Shown piece after piece: positions 26,437 to 32,000 of a stretch of 32,000 bases of DNA; the stretch's first letter is position 1, and every line of letters starts with the position of its first letter. The notes under the pieces are model-generated. The model was not told where the DNA came from, did not search any database, and saw nothing but the letters and a program-made list of their open reading frames with translations. The DNA lies in NCBI RefSeq assembly GCF_001481685.1, contig NZ_CP006867.1, positions 1,362,665 through 1,394,664 of the forward strand, read 5' to 3'. A program made the translations under genes and the position numbers. Source of the stretch: Ignicoccus islandicus DSM 13165 (GTDB taxonomy: Archaea; Thermoproteota; Thermoprotei_A; Sulfolobales; Ignicoccaceae).

Positions 26437-27567
26437 ATGGGAAAGGTGTCTATAGTAATACCAACATACAACGAAAAGGAAAACGTTGAAGTACTTTTAG
26501 AAAAACTTAAAGACATACTAGAGAAAGAGAATATAGATTACGAAATAATAATTGTTGACGATAACTCGCCCGATGGAACTGCCGAAGCAGCAAGGAGGAG
26601 AGCAAGGGAGCTTGGGATAGAAGATAAAGTAAAAGTAATAGTTAGAAAGAACGAACGAGGTTTAAGTAGCGCAGTATTAAGAGGATTCGAGAAGGCCGAG
26701 GGGGATGTTATAGTTGTTATGGATGCTGACTTACAACATCCACCCGAAGTGGTGCCTAAGCTAGTTCGTAAAATCGTGGAAGAAAACTGCGATATAGTTG
26801 TAGCAACGAGGTATTCAAAAGAAGGAGGAATAAAGGAGTGGAGTCCAATCCGTAAGATAATTAGTAAAGGTGCTTCGATTTTGTCATGGATATTGTTACC
26901 GAAGTCAAGGGGACTTAGTGATCCAATGAGCGGATTCTTTGCAATTAAGAAAAATGTGATAGAAGAACCACTAAAGAAGGGAATATTTAATCCAAAAGGG
27001 TTTAAAATACTGCTTGAGATTATAGCTAAATCTAATTACAAGAAGCTATGTGAAGTACCATATATATTTCAAAAACGATATAGTGGTACTTCGAAGCTTA
27101 ACCAGAAAGTAATTTTAGAATACGTAATACATCTCTTGGAACTGGCACGATATACTGGAGAACTGAAGAGGATGTTCAAGTTTGCGTTCGTCGGTTTACT
27201 TGGTATATTCGTCAACGAAGGCTTTCTATATTTATCCTATGAAATACTGGGACTTCGCGAATTGTCTCAACTCGGTCTACTTCTGTCCTCAGCCATAGGA
27301 TTCGAGGCGAGCGTTATCTTTAACTTCTTAATTCACGACAAGTACACGTTTCGTGATTTAATAGATACATTTACTCTGAATGCCAAACTGAAGCGGTTTG
27401 TGCATTATCATAATGCAAGTATATTAGGACTAGCTATACAAGTGACTGTGTTGTTCGCTTTAGTGTCAATGGGTATACATTATCTGATAGCAAACTTGAT
27501 AGGTATTATAATGGGCATGAGCGTTAGATATAGCTATAGCATCCTCAAAGCATGGTCACAATCTTAA
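26437..27567 (+). CDS. Dolichol-phosphate mannosyltransferase-like GT2 fused to GtrA-like membrane domain
   Basis: VSIVIPTYNEKENVEVLLEKL...IIVDDNSPDGTAEAA...VMDADLQHPPEVVPKL; C-terminal RMFKFAFVGLLGIFVNEGFLYLSYEILG...SAIGFEASVIFNFLIHDKYTFRD. Confidence 0.93.
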   Translation: MGKVSIVIPTYNEKENVEVLLEKLKDILEKENIDYEIIIVDDNSPDGTAEAARRRARELGIEDKVKVIVRKNERGLSSAVLRGFEKAEGDVIVVMDADLQHPPEVVPKLVRKIVEENCDIVVATRYSKEGGIKEWSPIRKIISKGASILSWILLPKSRGLSDPMSGFFAIKKNVIEEPLKKGIFNPKGFKILLEIIAKSNYKKLCEVPYIFQKRYSGTSKLNQKVILEYVIHLLELARYTGELKRMFKFAFVGLLGIFVNEGFLYLSYEILGLRELSQLGLLLSSAIGFEASVIFNFLIHDKYTFRDLIDTFTLNAKLKRFVHYHNASILGLAIQVTVLFALVSMGIHYLIANLIGIIMGMSVRYSYSILKAWSQS

Positions 27568-28275
27568 GTTTAAGAAACTCAAAAGACAGTCAAATCCATT
27601 TTCAATTTCGTTAATGAGTTCACCCTTTACTATAATGTCTTCTATCCACATAATTAAGGATATCGTGATTATTGATAACAGTGGACTTAACAGTATATGA
27701 GAAGTCATGAGATCTAATGAGAATATTTCACTTGCCTTTATTATTAACGCTACGCGAAGAGCATTTAAAGGATATACTAAAAGTATCGAGGTAATGGCAG
27801 CGAGGAGCTTCCTACTGATTGAAGTAGTAAGGGGTACCAGCATAGCTAGTAACATAGGGATAGCGCGTAGTGATGAGCATCCAACTAGATATCCTACGAG
27901 GCCTATGTTTTCAACTCTTATGAATGGTCCATAGTTAGTGAAAACCATTTTAGCTTTTATGCCAATTATTTGGAATATTGCGTCGTTGAAAAATATGTCC
28001 GGCTTGAATAAAGGCTCTAGATAAGACCAAGGTACTAAGTTTAACAATCTCGGCAAAAAGTACCCTGAGAAAGCCATGAATAGAACGAGTAACCCCCTCT
28101 TACATTTACTGTTTGATGAAAGGAGAATAGGGATCCAGAGAAGTTCAATTAGGATAACTTCCCAATATTCGAGCTCACCTCCAAGTGTGTGAATAATTAA
28201 AGCATGAGTTGTAATTGCTAGCAAAGAGATTGTAGATAACGCTCTCAATAATCCAGCTTTGTCAGCAACCTTCAA
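27556..28275 (-). CDS. Archaeosortase/exosortase-like multi-pass membrane protein
   Basis: Candidate catalytic triad in order: GYLVGCSSLRAIPMLLAMLVPL (Cys), YPLNALRVALII (Arg), LMTSHILLSPL (His). Confidence 0.72.
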   Translation of the reverse strand: MKVADKAGLLRALSTISLLAITTHALIIHTLGGELEYWEVILIELLWIPILLSSNSKCKRGLLVLFMAFSGYFLPRLLNLVPWSYLEPLFKPDIFFNDAIFQIIGIKAKMVFTNYGPFIRVENIGLVGYLVGCSSLRAIPMLLAMLVPLTTSISRKLLAAITSILLVYPLNALRVALIIKASEIFSLDLMTSHILLSPLLSIITISLIMWIEDIIVKGELINEIENGFDCLLSFLNLRL

Positions 28276-28383
28276 TCCGATGGAACCCTCGGGCTACGCG
28301 AATCTGAAGAATAATAATAGCACTCGTATTCATCTAAATTCGGTATTATTCCAAACGTCTACGAAATTAATATGTAAAATAAT

Positions 28384-28491
28384 ATGATGGCGATAAGTGG
28401 TCACAGAAAAACAAAAAAGCTTAGTCATACCCGCTTAGCCCTTCTTAAGCTTATCCCAAGAGCTATAACGATAATGGGTTGGTTGAGATGA
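28384..28491 (+). CDS. Putative 35-aa basic upstream ORF (MMAISGHRKTKKLSHTRLALLKLIPRAITIMGWLR) overlapping cdvB start
   Basis: Complete ATG..TGA ORF; the stop overlaps ATG 28488 of the cdvB-like gene in an ATGA arrangement. Confidence 0.3.
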   Translation: MMAISGHRKTKKLSHTRLALLKLIPRAITIMGWLR

Positions 28492-29132
28492 GCTCTCTAG
28501 TAGACTTCGGAAGAATATGGGAAGAAGGATTTAAGGGAGGGAGGAAACTATTCGGTCTAAAGGAAGAAAAACCACAAGAACCTCTTAAAAGGAAAGTATT
28601 CAAAGCGAAGTATCAACTCAGAAAACAAATTGACAAAATAAGCTTCATGATAAACAAGCTCAAGGAACGGGATGAACAACTGTTCACGAAACTGGTTGAT
28701 GCCATAATGAATCACGATCAACTAAGGGCCAAGGTCTTCGCTTCGGAGATAGCAGAAGTTAGGAAACTAGCGAGATCGTTATACTTCACGCAAGTCGCTC
28801 TCGAAAAGCTAGAAAATAGATTGGACCTATTCATTACACTAGGGGATTCGGCAAGTACAATAGCACCCATAGTACCTATACTCGATATGCTGAAGAGAGA
28901 GGTAATGAGACAAGTACCGGAAATAGGTATAGAAATAAGTAAGATTTATGACGATTTAGAGAACGTAGTAACCGAGACGGGTCTCTACGATGAGTTAACT
29001 GGTGACACGATACTGACTAGTGAGGCTAGGAAGATACTAGAAGAGGCGAAAGCAATAGCCGAACAAAACATGAAGGAGGAATTCCCCTCTATAAATATAC
29101 AGCAAGAAATCGGGAAGTCGAAGTTAGGCTAA
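28488..29132 (+). CDS. cdvB: CdvB/ESCRT-III (Snf7-like) protein
   Basis: Basic N-terminal helix region and DHDQLRAKVFASEIAEVRKLARSLYFTQVALEKLENRLDLF, then IVPILDMLKREVMRQVPEIGIEISKIYDDLENVVTETG. TTG 28479 is an alternative start. Confidence 0.82.
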   Translation: MSSLVDFGRIWEEGFKGGRKLFGLKEEKPQEPLKRKVFKAKYQLRKQIDKISFMINKLKERDEQLFTKLVDAIMNHDQLRAKVFASEIAEVRKLARSLYFTQVALEKLENRLDLFITLGDSASTIAPIVPILDMLKREVMRQVPEIGIEISKIYDDLENVVTETGLYDELTGDTILTSEARKILEEAKAIAEQNMKEEFPSINIQQEIGKSKLG

Positions 29133-29140
29133 GCTTTGTG

Positions 29141-29866
29141 TCATAGAACACCGTATTCAGGAGCTTCTTTCCAAGCGGGATCACCATGTTTGAGTGCTAC
29201 AGTGCTTGAAGCAACGGCCTTGGTTGAATCTCTTTCATAAATATAGCTTTTATAATAGCTTAGCTCTGGTTCATCGCACTTACATTCCCAAGCGTAGCCG
29301 GCATTGCCAAAGGCATCCACGAAGAAAACTACGGCCCCGCTGCCCTCTGGAACGTTGTCTTCAAGCCACCCCTTTATATTCATTGCTGTAACTAGTGGCT
29401 TTTCATTATATGCTTCTAGAACCGCCCATGCTACTGCAGCCGTATCAGCTAGGACGTTTTTCTTCATTAGACGTAGTAGCGGATCCGGTGCATCTAGCAT
29501 TTTGGGATCTATGGTACCGTTGTATCCTATCCAAACAACGTTGGAAATTCCTACGGGCTGTATGTTCTGGGTAAACTCCTCGGTTCCTTCTATGCTAGTC
29601 TTTCTAGCATGAATAAGTAGGGTAGATTCACTATAATACCGATTTAATAGGTCTATTCCCGGTTCATCGGTCCAGATCGGTTTGGGGGACCGGTACTCTA
29701 TATATCTATTTTTATTCGTTATTACTATAAATCCCCAACCATCCGGATGGTTTGGCTCTTTTTTACTGCCCCATCTTTTAGCTCCTAGCGGATCATGAAG
29801 TGCAGCAGATATCATTGCATTTATTAAATCTTGCGTGGGGTTTCGTGCGAGTAACATCCGGCACAA
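29141..29866 (-). CDS. Class II glutamine amidotransferase domain protein
   Basis: MCRMLLARNP (Cys2 nucleophile), NHPDGWGFIVI, TLLIHARKTSIEGTEEFTQNIQPV. Confidence 0.88.
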   Translation of the reverse strand: MCRMLLARNPTQDLINAMISAALHDPLGAKRWGSKKEPNHPDGWGFIVITNKNRYIEYRSPKPIWTDEPGIDLLNRYYSESTLLIHARKTSIEGTEEFTQNIQPVGISNVVWIGYNGTIDPKMLDAPDPLLRLMKKNVLADTAAVAWAVLEAYNEKPLVTAMNIKGWLEDNVPEGSGAVVFFVDAFGNAGYAWECKCDEPELSYYKSYIYERDSTKAVASSTVALKHGDPAWKEAPEYGVL

Positions 29867-29897
29867 GGTTCTATAGCACCTCTTGGGAACTTGCGGG

Positions 29898-30065
29898 TTA
29901 GGGTAGTAAGATAGAGATCACTGATTGCGTCTCGTTAAGTTTCTCTTGAAGGTGCATTGCCGAGGCAGCTATTAGTATCGTCTGAAGCAAATAAGTAATG
30001 AGTAACAGTAGCCCACCTAGAGTAATCTCTATACCCAGGATATTTATTAAAGCGGCTTTTTTCAC
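29898..30065 (-). CDS. Putative small single-span membrane protein, 55 aa
   Basis: GTG start with GGTGAG a few nt upstream; (M)KKAALINILGIEITLGGLLLLITYLLQTILIAASAMHLQEKLNETQSVISILLP*; absent from the ORF track. Confidence 0.5.
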   Translation of the reverse strand: MKKAALINILGIEITLGGLLLLITYLLQTILIAASAMHLQEKLNETQSVISILLP

Positions 30066-30262
30066 TTAACCTCACCGTTATCCTAAACATCCAACAAGGA
30101 TATTTGAGGTCATCTTAATATATGTCATATATACCACTTTGAGATAATTACCTTAAAACTAATAGTTATTTCGTAGGATATCGGGGATGGGATATAGCAA
30201 GTAGACTTTTCGAGTTTCTGGGTGATGTTAAGAAACTAATAGATCACGAAATCGAAACTTTC

Positions 30263-31183
30263 TTGCAAGGTTCACCTGATATTTTATATAAAGCAGCTCA
30301 ACACCTTCCTAAAGCAGGTGGAAAAAGACTAAGGCCAGCACTAGTCATACTAGTTAGTAAGGCCCTAGGAGGTACGTTAGAGAACGCAATCTATCCAGCA
30401 TTGTCGATTGAATTAATGCATAATTTCACATTAGTTCATGATGATATAATGGATCGCGATGAAAAAAGAAGAGGAATACCAACAGTTCATGTAATCTACG
30501 GCGAACCAATGGCGATCTTGGCCGGGGACCTCTTATATGCTAAATCGTACGAAGCGTTGCTAAAATCTCGACTAGCACCAGATATTCTCAAGAAAATGAC
30601 TGAAGTTCTAACTTGGGCTGCTGTAACGCTAGCAGAAGGACAAGCACTCGATATGACCTTTGAAGAGAGATGGGATGTAAGCGAAGAAGAATACATGGAA
30701 ATGATAAACAAGAAGACGGGATCTCTATTTGCAGCTTCAGCAATGTTGGGCGGACTCGCTGCTAACAGAGCAGACCTTCAAGAACAACTTAAAGAGTTAG
30801 GCTCGAAAATGGGGGTTGCGTTTCAGATACGCGATGACCTATTATCCTTAATAGGTGACGAAAGTAAAACTGGTAAAAGTAAATATAATGACTTACGTGA
30901 GGGCAAGAAAACACTGATTGTTATAAAGGCGTTGGAAAGAGCTTCATCAACGCAACTAGAGACTTTGAAAAATATTTTGGGTAAGAAGGATGCTAGCCTA
31001 GACGAACTAGAGAGGGCATTTAGAATATTAGAAGAAACTGGAGCGCTTGAATATGCGCAAAGGAAAGCAGAGGAGCTCGCGGAAAGAGCAATATCTATAG
31101 TGAAATCATTACCCGTTGTTGACGAAGATGCCCGTAATATACTTATCGAACTAATAGAATTTGGCATAAAGAGGGAATACTAG
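30263..31183 (+). CDS. Geranylgeranyl/polyprenyl diphosphate synthase
   Basis: AGGKRLRPALVILV, LVHDDIMDRDEKRRGIPTVH (first Asp-rich motif), FQIRDDLLSLIGDE (second Asp-rich motif). The TTG start is uncertain. Confidence 0.93.
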   Translation: MQGSPDILYKAAQHLPKAGGKRLRPALVILVSKALGGTLENAIYPALSIELMHNFTLVHDDIMDRDEKRRGIPTVHVIYGEPMAILAGDLLYAKSYEALLKSRLAPDILKKMTEVLTWAAVTLAEGQALDMTFEERWDVSEEEYMEMINKKTGSLFAASAMLGGLAANRADLQEQLKELGSKMGVAFQIRDDLLSLIGDESKTGKSKYNDLREGKKTLIVIKALERASSTQLETLKNILGKKDASLDELERAFRILEETGALEYAQRKAEELAERAISIVKSLPVVDEDARNILIELIEFGIKREY

Positions 31184-31185
31184 AG

Positions 31186-31677
31186 ATGTCGGTATACGAA
31201 TTCCCGAAATTATTTGTTGAAGGAATTGACGGTGAAGAATATTTAGAGATAACAGACAATAGTGCAAAGATATCGAAAGAACCCTCATCTCCTAAACTCG
31301 GAAAAGTACCTCTAGAAATTGATCTTGAGGAGATAGTAGATCTGCTTGGCGAAAGGGTAAAGCGATCCTTCGCTGTATATAATCCACGAAAAAAGGTCGT
31401 TATTTACGTTAGAGAAGGCACACCAATTAAGATCTTGAGGGTTGATCACAAAAAAGTATTAATTGAGTTAAGTGAAGGAGATGAAATAAATTTGGACAGT
31501 ACGTATGCCCATGGAATAACATCGAAAGGTGAGTATAGAAGATTTCGCAGCAAGGTGAAAGGAATAGTAGTTCTGGTTCACTGGAAACCTTTGGGAGGAA
31601 GGGACATTTATCACGTTATAGTGGCGGAAAGAAATGCTGTGAAGATGGTTCCCTTAAGTGATGGGAAGGATTATTAG
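31186..31677 (+). CDS. Hypothetical protein, 163 aa, co-oriented with GGPP synthase
   Basis: ATG start 2 bp after the GGPPS stop; no recognised motif. Confidence 0.6.
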   Translation: MSVYEFPKLFVEGIDGEEYLEITDNSAKISKEPSSPKLGKVPLEIDLEEIVDLLGERVKRSFAVYNPRKKVVIYVREGTPIKILRVDHKKVLIELSEGDEINLDSTYAHGITSKGEYRRFRSKVKGIVVLVHWKPLGGRDIYHVIVAERNAVKMVPLSDGKDY

Positions 31678-31680
31678 TGG

Positions 31681-31777
31681 AGCCGCCGGCGGGACTTGAA
31701 CCCGCGACCACCGGCTCTCCCGCGCAAGAGTTAAAGTCGTTACAAGGCCGGCGCTCTGCCTGCTGAGCTACGGCGGC
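31681..31777 (-). tRNA. tRNA-Thr (TGT anticodon) with a 24-nt intron at 37/38
   Basis: RC: GCCGCCG TA GCTC AGCAGGCA GAGC G CCGGC CTTGTA[ACGACTTTAACTCTTGCGCGGGAG]A GCCGG TGGTC GCGGG TTCAAGT CCCGC CGGCGGC T. All stems pair. Intron at 31717-31740, anticodon TGT at 31742-31744. Confidence 0.93.
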
Positions 31778-32000
31778 CCCATCCACCCCGATTCCGAACG
31801 ATATTAAAAGATAAAGCTTTCGAAATTCTACTAAGAACGTTACACTAAATAGATTAGAAGAACGAATTAATCTTAATATTGAACTACTAGCATTCGATAA
31901 GTCGAAAGTTTCGATTAACCAAAGTATATTACGAAAGTTTCGGCTTTATCTCAATACTTTAAACTTCAAACCCGATAGTTACGGGTTGAGTGAAGTGAGT

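Noticed and set aside
31717-31740. Insertion disrupting the tRNA
   Set aside because: The 24 nt sit exactly at the canonical 37/38 intron position and all mature stems pair when removed, so it is an ordinary archaeal tRNA intron.
31903-31942. Direct repeat CGAAAGTTTCG at 31903-31913 and 31932-31942
   Set aside because: Only 11 bp, two copies, next to the window edge and probably within or beside an ORF continuing outside; insufficient for a claim.
1-32000. CRISPR array or mobile element
   Set aside because: No regularly spaced short repeats, transposase, integrase or terminal inverted repeats were found. The only strong direct repeat is the in-frame 204-bp duplication.
31801-32000. Start of another plus-strand gene at the right edge
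   Set aside because: A frame stays open to the window end (…NIELLAFDKSKVSINQSILRKFRLYLNTLNFKPDSYGLSEVS) but no convincing start codon or family motif could be seen in the available bases.

Overview
This window is a chromosomal segment of a TACK-type, probably thermophilic, archaeon. Lineage markers are eL24, eS26, CdvB/ESCRT-III, Pus10, TrmY, GatD, aIF5B, PurP and an intron-containing tRNA-Thr. I see no CRISPR array, transposase, integrase or plasmid signature. Most ORFs are housekeeping genes. The less ordinary content is: (1) a 161-aa ORF made of two domains encoded by a 204-bp tandem DNA repeat that I read as perfectly identical; (2) a pus10 operon carrying what looks like a shortened TrmY/SPOUT-like paralog, with a canonical trmY elsewhere in the window; (3) an archaeosortase/exosortase-like membrane protein convergent with a toroid-fold (terpene cyclase/prenyltransferase-like) protein and a DPM-type glycosyltransferase-GtrA fusion; (4) an orphan HyuB subunit overlapping an unknown ORF, followed by a 29-aa Cys-containing micro-ORF with a Shine-Dalgarno-like motif; (5) three C/D-box sRNA candidates flanking infB, two of them almost abutting; (6) unannotated small ORFs, including one overlapping the cdvB start by ATGA; and (7) a GC-rich island with a perfect 11-bp inverted repeat in a divergent intergenic region. 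All calls come from reading the sequence and family motifs. No database searches were run.
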